This document shows positions 8,592 through 20,400 of a stretch of DNA of 57,378 nt, in pieces. Positions within the stretch are counted from its first letter, which is position 1, and each line of letters starts with the position of its first letter. Under the pieces are notes generated by a model. The model was not told the origin of the DNA. It was given only the letters and a program-made list of their open reading frames with translations, and did not search any database. The translations under genes and the position numbers were made by a program. This DNA comes from a virus (lineage: Duplodnaviria > Caudoviricetes): positions 1 to 57,378 of the IMG/VR virus record IMGVR_UViG_3300047200_000271; one strand, written 5' to 3'.

Positions 8592-9097
8592 TGACAAAGC
8601 CATGCTTTTCAAGCATTGCGAACATCCTATCTACGATGCCATCGCAGAATCAATGGGACGACAAAGTAGCCAGCGTGTACGCGCTGGCTATGGCCACTTG
8701 GAGAGATGACATTGCAATGCTGGCAACAGTAACAGCATTGAAGACAAAGAACTTCCGCCCAACACCAGCTGAGCTAAGACACATTGCGTTGGGATTCATA
8801 CACGATATGACTCCAATGACGGCGATGAATGAGATCAGTGAGATCATCAGGAAGTACCAACTCAAGGATAGGGACAGTAAGTGCACAGCTCCATTGAAGG
8901 CTATCGTTGATGCATGTGGTGGATGGTACGCAATGGGCAATCGTGACCGTGAGGCTAACGCTAAAATGGTGAATGAAGTATTCGACAATGTAATGAATAC
9001 TATTGACACCAGTGACGTGCTGTCTAATCCTCCAGACATCCCCGAACTGGAAGGTGTAAGGGGGTTGATTGGAAATGGTACGAAGAAACTCACCTAG
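8591..9097 (+). CDS. Replicative helicase loader/inhibitor (SPP1 G39P-like)
   Basis: FRPTPAELR and IVDACGGW motifs; lies between the initiator and DnaB. Confidence 0.65.
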   Translation: MTKPCFSSIANILSTMPSQNQWDDKVASVYALAMATWRDDIAMLATVTALKTKNFRPTPAELRHIALGFIHDMTPMTAMNEISEIIRKYQLKDRDSKCTAPLKAIVDACGGWYAMGNRDREANAKMVNEVFDNVMNTIDTSDVLSNPPDIPELEGVRGLIGNGTKKLT

Positions 9098-9353
9098 CCC
9101 AGGCATGTGCTTAAGGGGCCTCACGAACGATTCAATCGCAATGGAGGCCCTGCTTGACTTTACCAAGCTCTACCTGAGCAAGGATAAACACCGCGCCGTA
9201 TACCGCAGGGTAAAGGAAGCACGACTAGGTAGAGATATACCGATAGAGATCGTTACCTACATTGAATACGAACTAGACCTAGTTGCTTACAACTTAGGAT
9301 TTAGCTTCGGTCAAAACCCAGATAGGGAGGACGAATGGGGATTCTATGAATAA
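9069..9353 (+). CDS. Hypothetical protein (94 aa)
   Basis: Overlaps both neighbours in the operon. Confidence 0.6.
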   Translation: MEMVRRNSPSPGMCLRGLTNDSIAMEALLDFTKLYLSKDKHRAVYRRVKEARLGRDIPIEIVTYIEYELDLVAYNLGFSFGQNPDREDEWGFYE

Positions 9354-10668
9354 AGTACCACCGCACAATATCGAGGCAGAGATGTCCGTATTGGGTGCGA
9401 GTATGATTGGTGGTTCAAAGACATTCAATGTGATTAGTGGTTTGTTAGATGAGTTAGACTTTTATCGTCACGCTAACTCGCAGGTATATACTGCTATATG
9501 TGAGCTCGAAAAAACTAAAACAGCAATTGACTTAGTGACAGTTAGTAGTTGGCTTACAGATAATAATCTGATCGATGAAGTTGGTGGGATAGGTTATTTG
9601 ATGCAAGTCATTGACTTTGTTCCGACTACCAGCAATATTGAGTACTACGCAAACATTGTCAAGCAACATTCAGACAGACGGTTAGTTATTACAGAAGCTA
9701 TGTCCGTTATCGACCAAGCATACGATCCAACATGTGATTCAGCTGAAGTAGTTAACGAGTTCATGAGTAACTGTATGAAGGTTGCTAGTGGACATCAAAA
9801 GAAACCATACAGTCATATTGATGAAGAGGTCGAGCAAGTCATTAATGAGATTAATGACAGGAAAGACAACCAGAAGATATCAGGGATCAGTAGTGGATGG
9901 AGAAGTTTGGATGATGTAGTTGGAGGCTGGAGGAAAGGTGAACTAGTTGTACTAGGGGCCAGGCCAAGTATGGGTAAGAGTGCTCTTGCATTAGCATTTA
10001 TACGAAACGCTGTAAAGCAAAAGCAAGTCAGCCTATTTATAAGTATTGAGATGAGCGCAGCAATGACAACGCACCGTCTCCTTAGCATGGAAACAAGCAT
10101 AGACTTACGCCGTATGTCGAACAGTGTTTTGAATGCCCAAGAGAAGCATATGGTACGTGTAGCAAGGGCATCTCTTTACGATGAGCCGCTCTATATCAGT
10201 AGTACAAACCCAACATCATTAAATGACATAAAGGCTAAATGCTTAAAGCTAAAACAGAAGGAGGGACTTGATTTAGTAATTATCGACTACTTGCAAATGA
10301 TAGAGACCAAGGGTTTCAATCGCGTCCAAGAGGTTGGGCAACTGAGCCGTGGCCTTAAACAGATTGCGAGAGAGATGATGATCCCTGTAATAGTGTTGTC
10401 CAGTCTGTCTCGCGCAAGCGAGAAGCGTGATGACAAGAGACCAGTAATGAGTGACCTTAGAGAATCAGGTGACATCGAAAGCGATGCAGATGTTGCATTG
10501 ATGTTGTATAGACCAAGTTACTACAACTCAGTTCAACCAGAGCCTGATCAGCCAGATGATATAGAGATTATTGTTAGGAAGAATAGGAACGGACCTATAG
10601 GTTCGGTTACTCTTCAGTACATCCCATGTACTGGGCAGTTCCACGAATTAGAATATGGAGGATTGTAG
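9346..10668 (+). CDS. dnaB: Replicative DNA helicase DnaB
   Basis: PPHNIEAE N-terminus, Walker A GARPSMGKS, IIDYLQ, DLRESGDIESDAD, KNRNGP. Confidence 0.97.
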   Translation: MNKVPPHNIEAEMSVLGASMIGGSKTFNVISGLLDELDFYRHANSQVYTAICELEKTKTAIDLVTVSSWLTDNNLIDEVGGIGYLMQVIDFVPTTSNIEYYANIVKQHSDRRLVITEAMSVIDQAYDPTCDSAEVVNEFMSNCMKVASGHQKKPYSHIDEEVEQVINEINDRKDNQKISGISSGWRSLDDVVGGWRKGELVVLGARPSMGKSALALAFIRNAVKQKQVSLFISIEMSAAMTTHRLLSMETSIDLRRMSNSVLNAQEKHMVRVARASLYDEPLYISSTNPTSLNDIKAKCLKLKQKEGLDLVIIDYLQMIETKGFNRVQEVGQLSRGLKQIAREMMIPVIVLSSLSRASEKRDDKRPVMSDLRESGDIESDADVALMLYRPSYYNSVQPEPDQPDDIEIIVRKNRNGPIGSVTLQYIPCTGQFHELEYGGL

Positions 10669-11081
10669 TGTTACAGGAAATAAGTGATTACGTAAACTTG
10701 TGGTTACCCAATGAGTTTATAGCAACAATTGAAATGGAAGGCCCAAGTGGTTCCATATACACTCGCTATGAGCAGATTCAAATTGAGCTTATCTTAGAGC
10801 GTCACTTTGAAGGGCTGTACAAAATTGCAGACGTCATCGTTAATCACGCTAATAAGATTCCATCCCTCAGTATCAACATTGAGGAGCCTATGTGGTACAG
10901 AATTTTACTTGACATCATTGTCGAGTGTCTAGAAACAAAAACCGAAGAACCAGTTAAGGATATGGAACAGTACGCCCGTGAATGGTTGACAGAAACCCTA
11001 AAAGAATACAATGGCACAGTACTACACTACGCAGAGAAACGATACGAAGACGTTTCAGATGGATCGTATTGGCGTGAATAA
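10668..11081 (+). CDS. Hypothetical acidic protein
   Basis: GTG overlaps the dnaB TAG; SD GGAGG. Confidence 0.7.
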   Translation: MLQEISDYVNLWLPNEFIATIEMEGPSGSIYTRYEQIQIELILERHFEGLYKIADVIVNHANKIPSLSINIEEPMWYRILLDIIVECLETKTEEPVKDMEQYAREWLTETLKEYNGTVLHYAEKRYEDVSDGSYWRE

Positions 11082-11084
11082 TAA

Positions 11085-11417
11085 GTGAGTTCACGTAAAC
11101 CAACTCGAATGACACCATGGCTGCGGGTAGTTCTATCCGCAGTCATTTTGTCTAACAGTCAGGAAGAAGCTGCACGTAGACTACATGTAGAACTACGGCA
11201 GCTTGCTCGCGATATCCAAAAGGTGAAGTACCTAACAAAGACCAGGAGTCCTATGCTGGCAGCTATCAAGCTTGGCATCATACGGATTGATTACGATCAC
11301 ATTCCAGACTGGTTGTCAGTTGATGATGTATTTTTAGCTCCAGGCTTATCCATGAAAGTCACTGCCCGTGAAGACGGTGTGGATACATCCTGGGAGATGA
11401 ATAATCTCCCAGATTAA
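11085..11417 (+). CDS. Putative HTH DNA-binding protein (LuxR-like fold)
   Basis: SQEEAARRLHV.LRQL...IQKV......S...AAIKLGII. Confidence 0.55.
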   Translation: MSSRKPTRMTPWLRVVLSAVILSNSQEEAARRLHVELRQLARDIQKVKYLTKTRSPMLAAIKLGIIRIDYDHIPDWLSVDDVFLAPGLSMKVTAREDGVDTSWEMNNLPD

Positions 11418-14400
11418 TCCTGCCCTCTAAACAATCCTATAAGTCCTTGTTGTTCAATCACTGACTTAGCGGATGGAGCTTCAGCACTGTTGGATTCATA
11501 GTTTTTACGCTTTCGTTCTTTAAGTGCCTTGACAGGTTTGATCTCAGTCTTAAGACCAATGAAGTTTAGACCAGTGTTTAGTCCAGAGTAAACAGCTGGG
11601 TTTGCACCATACTTATCTGCGGCATAATAGGAATCGATAAACTGTGTGACGGCGGTTGGGAAACGTTCAATGAAAGCATTACTTACACGTACGTCAGTCA
11701 TCCATGGCTGAATACCACCATTCATCTCAATCAATCTAGGTAGAACCAACTGATTGTAAACATGAGTGGCTGCTTCGTTCTGACCAAACATAGGTTCACC
11801 AATCGGTGTCTTCCCTGTTTGGAAAATACCTACTGCCATGTTCAACATTGGACTAGCCTTGTAAGACACCTCACGCCCAAGGTCCGAAGCTATCTTCTCA
11901 ATGATTGTCCCATCGGATTTCTTAGCCTTCTTAGCATCAGATGGACCTGTTTGCAGAGCAGCTTCCATTAATCGATATCCAAGCCTGTAGTGGTCAAACA
12001 AACCAGCCGGTGGGTCAATTCTGAAGTCACCAATACGAATGCGTCCAGCTTGACGCGTTACATCAGTCTCAACTTCTGTCTCAGGGTTAAAGTTCTGCCA
12101 TAGGATAGCCAAGATCATCATAAAGATCTGGCCACCGACAAGTCTGCCATACATCGTACGTCCAAGAGATGCCGCAGCTTGATCGCCCTTGTACAGATTC
12201 CATACAGGGTTATCATGCCCCATAAGATCATGTAGTAACGAGAACGAATCGCCGCTCAGTACACTGTTCACCCATGGATCAATAAGAGCACGAGACATAA
12301 CCCAGCGTGGAGCAGTAAAGAGTAGCTTAGCAATACGACCAGCAGTAGCATCACGTTGCTTGTTGGTTGAGTAAGCTACGTCACCTGTTGTTACGGCGAG
12401 GATTCGTGCACCATCTTTCAATGCACGCTTCATCTTTTCCGAGCCCTCTACATAACCCATTGCAAGGAACTGCTTGTGCCAGTTGTCAAATGCCAATAGC
12501 AGAATCTGGTCATGTAGAATTGCATTGAAGCGCTCGAACTGACCTTGACCTGGAAGGTGACGAGACAGTCGGTTCTTGATGAACCATTCGTCGTTTGTAC
12601 CCAACTCATCAATATCCATGAGTGTTGTACGGCAGTCATCAAGTGTTGCGTCTGGATTGATACGACGAAGGTTATGTAACTCTATGGACAAAGCGTCTGC
12701 AAAACGCTCATCAATCTCAAACATACCAAGTGGAAGACCTGCTTCACGAGCAAGCTCGTAGGCTGGATTCTGGCGCATTGCGTCACCAATATCATGATAG
12801 ACCTCGCGTCCAAGTTTTCGGTGTCCAATACCTCCAAACCATTCGACTCTCAGGTTCGGCGCAAATCCACGCATGGCCATCAGGAATGCCTTGAATCCAA
12901 TAGCCGGATTAGAAAGCGAGATAATACCAGCCTGGAGAGTCATAAACGCAAGGTCACTCGATAGGGTAAGACGAGTGACGTCATTGATAAAGTCAACAAT
13001 CGAAGTTAACTTGTCAGCTGTGTCAGGGACTCTTGTCTTACGTACACGAATAGGTGTTTCTGCCCTAGGTCCGGATGTTGCAGCTGGCTCAGCTTTACCT
13101 GCGTAATCAGGTTTGTAGTTGATGTCAGGCATCCTGCCCATGAATGCTACATCTTCATTCATCCATTCATCCTGTGACTTATCACGAAGGATGTAATCAA
13201 ATTCAGATGGATACGCTGTAGGCACTGACTTAGTTTCAGTCCACGTAGTCCACGGTAACTTAGCATGATTACTACGGGGAAGAATAATGTTTTGTGTTGT
13301 ATTCAATCCACCAATGCTATGCTTTGCGTTCAGTAAGACTATGCCATCACGAGTTGGGTTCTTTGCGAACATATTCTCTACAGATACGGCATCCATACCT
13401 TGACCACTTAAGTCAACTACCAATGGGTTATCAACACGAAGGTAGTAACCAAACTGGTTGTATCCAGTTTGATCAGATGGTCCACCAGACATTACAAATC
13501 CACCAGCACTACGTAGCCAGGATAATGTCTTATTTGGAGCAAAACCAACTGTTACAAGAGGTCTACCTGTGCGAGGCCTCGTAGATGCATCCTGATATGA
13601 ATCTGAATCAGCAGTGTGAATGCGAGCAGTATCAAACTTAGCCGAAGCCAGTTGTTGAGAAACAGTATCAATCAACGCTTGCAATTCATTTGGATCATCG
13701 ATTGCAGCATCTATACCTTGACGAATCTCTGCGAGGGTTGTCTCCCCACGCAGGTAGTCATCCATCAATACTTCAAGTTCAACAGCGTCTTCTGGAGTGA
13801 GTGTTCCATTGAGAGACTTGGCAAACTTGACGATTGACTTACCAGACATGTACTTTCGGATATTGGCGCGAACCGCCGGTGCAATCTCACCAATCGCCAC
13901 ATTAGGACGCAAGTCGCTGGTTGTAATAGCCTCAACTACAGGATTGTTACCAGACCATTTCTTAAAGGCCTTGGTTTCTGTGCGTGCGTAGTTTAATAAC
14001 GCTGCACCATCTGACATAGTAGTCGCAGCACGGTACAGGTTGTACACGTTAGATGGTTTTCCACGGCTGTCTCTAACAATGTCACCATCAATACGACCAG
14101 ATTTAATCATTGACTGAATGATAGGTTTAAGCTCAGTGCGTACTTCAGTTGAATTAATTGGTAAGTTAGCTTTCTTATCTGCTTCGGACAGAACAATCTT
14201 AGGAAGCTTGCCAGATAGAGCAATTTCTTCGATATGCGAGTTACGCATTATCTCTTGCTTATTATTCAACTCAGCCAACAACATAGCAGTCACCCACGAT
14301 CGTTTAGGTAACAGTCTGTGGCCTTGAGTCATGTAAGGTTTGAGGACAACTGTATCCGGGTTATATTGCTTAGCCTTGGCCGTGTAAGGCAAGAATTGAT

Positions 14401-17400
14401 CTGTACCAGCAGCCTTGAATAAAGTATCTCCAGATGACACACTCACTTTAAGCGTGCCTAAAGGATGAGTCTGCTGTGCTTTAACTCGATCAAATATGAC
14501 ACTGCCATCTTGTAGCGTTATCGGTACAGGACTAAACTTACCAGTAGCCCCCTGGTTGTGACGGAATAAGTCAACTAGCCCTTCCTTTAACTCATAAGAA
14601 ACAGCTTCACGGTAGTTCCTAATCTCATGTTCTTTATATGGATACCGTGGTACGTATTCACCATTTGCTTCTCGTGACATATAGTCCAATGACAAAGCCA
14701 ACTCTAACCGTGAGTTCATTCGTTGGAAATCACCAGGATTTGATATTGTTCCGTCAATAATCTTTCGTGCGTAATCACGTAGGTGTATCTGGACTGACCC
14801 ACCTTTAGGATTGAACATGTATTCCATGTCAATATCATTACGATAAAAACCCTGTAAACCCTTAGCCATAGCTTGCCATGTAGCAGGATTGATTCTCGAC
14901 CGTTTGTCATTACTGAGTTGCATCTTCTCAAGTAACTTGACCGCTTCATCACTGTCAACAGAATTCATAGCCAAATAAACAGCACTGTCAAATCCTGTAC
15001 CAGGATTCATCTGACCATTATCTACTGTTGATCTAGGATTGGCAACGTACTCCGCAGCTTTATCCAAGGCGTATGCTAATGGAGTGCGTCTTGATGGGTT
15101 ACCATACTCAAATAGTCTGTTGATATTAGCAAGAGTTAGAGGTTCGTATTTAAATATCTCGTCGATTACCGGTTTCATCTTAACCATGTCGGCCCAGTGT
15201 TTAAGGCCATCTTGGCCAAACCGCGCATAGATGCGACCAAGTAACATGTCATGTCCAATACTGTTAAGATTAGCAGTGCGTAACATGTCGTGTCCAGATG
15301 TAGTAACACCAAGTAAGTGCATTAACTGTCCATCATTCAGCATTGTTGAGATATTTGACAGTATCTCACTAACCGTATAAGGGTCACGCCTATCGGTGCT
15401 ACCCAATTCCATAGGATTTATCATCATGTCACGCATGGACAAATCACGATTTTGCATCATGTTAATGACGTTAGTTCTAGCTGCATCCCTTAGTGCATTT
15501 AACTGTGATGACCACTTGTATTGATTAGTTGATACCGCATTACTGAGAACACCTTGATTAATTAGTGCGGTTCTTAATCTCATACCACTAAGGCCCCTGA
15601 TGTCACTGTAACCACTAGTCCACACAAATACTTTACTAGGTATTTTGTTATAAGGAATACCAGTTAACAAGTGAAGGTTGACGTCGGTTGGGCTAAATCC
15701 AACAGGAAATAAATCGCCATTATCTATAACTTTTATACCAGTGCCATCAAACAATTCCCGTAAAGCATCGAGTTCATGTTGTTGTTGAGTCGATACCACG
15801 ACAATAGGATTGCCGTCGTATTCGTACTCAGGCTTTATCGTTTCTTTGGTGGCTATGTAGTTATTAGGTTGTGCTTGCTCATCAGGCTGTTGACCCTCTT
15901 GGTTACCTTGGTCCGTTTCACTGCTTGCGATTGAGTCACTTGTACCAGTAGACGGAACCAACGTGTCGTTAAAGTCTTCCATTAAATGCTTGACTGACTT
16001 CCAGATGTTTGCATCTGATTCACGGTAGTAAGCACCAAGGTACTTAGATAAGGTCTCAAGCATGCCTGGGTTAAACCCTTGAGTAAGCCCACCCAGGTTT
16101 GAGATATCACCGCGATCTATCAGTACAGGGTTCTGGTCACCAGCAATATGGACTTCAACTTTACCTTCAGGAGCATACGAAGTTCTATAAGCATCGTAAG
16201 CGGCCTTATCTTTTGGATCAGGCTTTGTAACGATGGCCAAGTTATCTTCGCCATCTTTGCTAACATAGACCTGCATGCCCTTGAACAGGCGAATATTTGG
16301 ATCAAATGGTGCAACCCACTGAGTCAGATTGTCTCCATTTTGGTTTTTAATGTTCTTGCCAGTAACTGTAGAAAAGACTTCATTTAAATACTTTCCAGTA
16401 CCATTCCAGAATAGATCCAAATCCCTAGCCTGAACTCGTGGATCACCACTCTCGTAGTTACCTTGAACTACAGGAGTTACCTGATTACGTAGAGATGCAA
16501 CAAACATTCCAACAAACAACTCTTCAGAATCTATAGGCATAGCATCGCTGAACACGCCAGCACTTGCACGAGTTCGTTGCATCTGTGCAAGCAACTTATC
16601 TCGATATGGTTTATCCATCCCACGAAGCAAAGCATGGGCTATCTCATGTACTCCAGTCTCTTCATCCCTAGATGCAAAAGCGGCAATGACATTGAACGAT
16701 GTGCCATCTTCACGAGCAGCTTTGAATGTTGCACCGTACCCAACGTCATCAAGCTTAGACAGGTCTGACACGTAAGCAAACGCAGCAAACCTGTCACGGT
16801 AAAACTCACGCATTAGCATCGCAACAGACTTGACTGTTTCTTCGTCTTGCCGAAGAACGCGATGCATAACGAGCTCTACAGTTCCTTCAGATGTTGTACG
16901 CTCAGTAGGACGGATATCACGAACTCTCTGACGGGCTGCCAACTGGCGCACAGCCCAAGCACGAGCGAAATGATCAACAATACCAGACCAATAGTTCGCT
17001 CCTGTTTGCGTATATCCATACTGTTCACGTAGTACCGTTTTAAGTTGAGTTCTATTGTTGACGATAGTTGCGTCAAACTTATATTGAGTACCATTGATTT
17101 CTTTAAGTACGGTTACGATCTCTCGGTTCTGAACAATGGATTCAATCTCAGATTCTTTGTAGACAGTTTCTTTCTTTACACGCTTAGGTGTTTCAGTGGA
17201 TGTACCAACATTATTTAACTGTTTAGTAAGATTTTCTATCTGAGTATTCAGTTCATCAATTTTTGTGTCATACCCAGATTCGATCATTCTCATCTGAGCA
17301 AGCAATGCGTTGATACGTGCATCGTTGTCTGTAGTGTCAGAAGACAATTGAACACTACGCCCAGCAAGTTCTTGCTGTTGTTTAATTACTTGTTCAATTA

Positions 17401-20400
17401 ATTGTTCAATCTTCTTTTCAAGCTGAGATGTAGCAAGCTTGTCGGCGTTCTGAACACCGTCAACAATACGTTGAAGAGCAGCAATATCAGCTTGGTGCTT
17501 TTTGGATTGGGATTCAAGGGCTGATTCAATAGCTTCAGCCTGACGTTTCTCTGCGTCGTTTTTAGCTTCCTTAGCCTTCTTCTTAGCCTTACGCAGTCGA
17601 TCTGTAACATCAGTCAACTGATCCTTTACAGATTTAAGGTCATCTGATGCTTGTTGAGCAGACGCTCCAATATCGGTCTGTAGTTTTTCAAGCTTTGATT
17701 TAAGGTCGGTAATTTCTGCGGAAGTATCAGTGGTTTTCTGCTTTACACGCAGCTCTTCACGCTTGATCTCGTTTGCCTGTTCTGCCAATCGTTCACGCAA
17801 GGCAAGCTCGGCTTGCCACTTATCTTTATTGGCCTGTCTCTGTTTTTCTTTATTGGCTTCAACTTCGGCTCTCTTGGCCTCCGCTTCTGCTTTACGTGCT
17901 GATAGATCACTCGCTTTTCGCTGTGCCTCCGGTGATTGCTCAACTGAAACATCTGTCGCAGACTTCCAGTTAGGATCAGAGTTCTTCATCCCAATGGAAT
18001 GATTAACCATTCCACGGACGAGGTTACGCATAAAGTCGCGGTCCGAACCCTTGACAGTAAAGAATGCCGAAGCGTCTCGCTGATCACCATAGACCGTATT
18101 GAAGACGTGCCACTCGCCACCTTGCTGACGCTTGGCAGTGTACTCTGTTACCGCCTGACCAGTTACGTTCTTCTTCTTTGCGTCGTACTGAGTCATCTCC
18201 ATGCGGACACGTACATCACCAGCATCGTCACGATTAATCTTGACGTTTAGTACTGTGTTCTTTACAGTGACTATGAATCCATCTTTAGTCCGGTTAGCAG
18301 CTCTCCCTGTAAACGATGGACGCTTAGCCATAAATGCATCATCAACATTAGATGTGTCTATTTTCTCTTTCGGGCGGAAAAATCCATCATTAATAGTTGA
18401 TTGTAAACTAGGCCTCCCCTTATATAGATCCCTGTATGTCGCTGTAGCAACGTCTATTAATTCGTTTCTTTTTTCAGAGTCTACTCCAATGCCATCTAAA
18501 TACTTGGTAAGTAACTCCTTTATAACTGGGACTTGATTATTAAAACCCAAGGATTTACTTGCAACAATATAACGATTAGTTGTGTACGCTAGTCCTAACT
18601 TGTGAGCATTGGTAACTATGTTACGAACATTGAACTCATCGTAGTAAATCTTATCGAGATCAAGGCGTTTGCCAATAGGTCCAAGTGATTCAATAGCCTT
18701 GCGGCGAGATGTACCTACAGCTGTTTCTTCTGTGTCATTACCTACATCACCAGTGCCAGTATCAGTTACACCTTCACCCTTGAGTGCAGACATAAGTGGA
18801 GCTAAACGTTCGTTAAGCCAATTTCTATTTGCACTTGCTTCAGCGACATTGTCAATCACCTTGTCAAATGACTGGTTCGTAAAGTCAACTAGGTTCTTTG
18901 CGTTACGCCGACCCCAACTTCCACCATCATAATTTGGTATGACTAAGTTCTGAAGACGAGCATCTACAGGATCTACTCCTGCGTCATAACCGGCAAGCTT
19001 ACGTACATCACCATACTTGGCATCGAGTGATTCAGAAACCTCTCGCAATGAAGGCAAGCCATAGTATTCGGACATAGCAGCTGAGCTGCCCTTGTTGAGC
19101 CAGTTTTCTCCTAATCCAAAGAATGGATACCACTGGCCAGGGTTTACTCCATCTTTAGGATTATGCCCAGTCGAACAATAAAATGGTATCTTCGCGCCAT
19201 TAATATCAACTACAGTGATAATGCGATCAGAGTAATTGAATATCTCAGACGTGTAAGTCTGCGCATTACCCATTGAGGCAAATAACTTACCATTAAGATA
19301 TGCACCAGTTGACTTGAATCCTGGAAGTTGTAACTGTGTGTGCTTACCTAGTGGACGTTTTCCATCTACAAATCCATCAAGTTGTCCATTAGTCTTGGTT
19401 AGCTTAGCAATACTGTCCACATCATCCGTGGCAATGGAATCTGGATCAATATATTCTGACGCACTAGGAGACTTGGACTTGGAAACAGCCTCTCGTACAC
19501 GCCTTAGTGTTTCATCAATGTTCTTCCGGAGGTTTTCAGCAGTGTCAGGTCGTTCGTTTTCAGCAGGAGACAACCCCTCATTGATTTGTGTTACATGACT
19601 TGCAGGTTTACGATTAAACGTAAAGCCAACCTTTGGTAGATCAGGCACAGACCTGACGTCACCAAGGTTTTGATCTAAGTATTGAGCGACCTTTGTAAAC
19701 TCAGGTGAGCCGTAATAAGACGTAATCTCTGGACCAGATGATTTATTAAACCAAGATCCTGCACCGATACCAAAGAACGGATACCACTTCCCTGGCGGGA
19801 CATCTTTCTTGCCACCAAGGCCACTTGAGCAATAGAAAGGAACTTGAATACCGTTTATGTAGACAAGTACAACTTTCCTGTCGTTGTAATTGATTATCTT
19901 ACTTTTACCAACAAACTCCTGCACAGCTTCACCACGAGCCGGAGAATATCTTGCCTCATATCGGATAGGCACAAAGTCAACATTGAGTCCTTCAATATTG
20001 GGTTTATCCCTTAAAACAGTGCGTACTTTATGTGCTGTGTCATGAAGTACAACACCGGGTGCAAGAGCTTCAGTATCCGTACCAGTATCTGTACCTGCAT
20101 CCGTACCAGTATCCGTACCAGTATCCACTACGTCCTTTGGCTTCTCACCAAGCAATGCTGTTGGACCGGTGTCAATACCTTCGTCAACAATCTCAGCGTC
20201 GATGATTTCAGGTGTTACATCTTCTATTTCACCTTCAGCAAAATCACCGTCACGAATGTCATCGGCAATACCTGAGTTATCTAAAAAATCAGATACTTGT
20301 TGTGCCAGCTTACCCTTTGTGTAAGGTGACAGTTCAATCTCGTCAACTTTTTCGTGATCAGGCTCAAGCTTAGGAGCACCTACAGTTTCTTCTTTGACAT

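Noticed and set aside
8650-10475. Minus-strand ORFs opposite the loader and DnaB
   Set aside because: Fully overlap well-supported genes; no motifs
11414-11417. Convergent genes sharing a TTAA stop palindrome (also 49009-49012)
   Set aside because: Real, but an ordinary result of genome compaction
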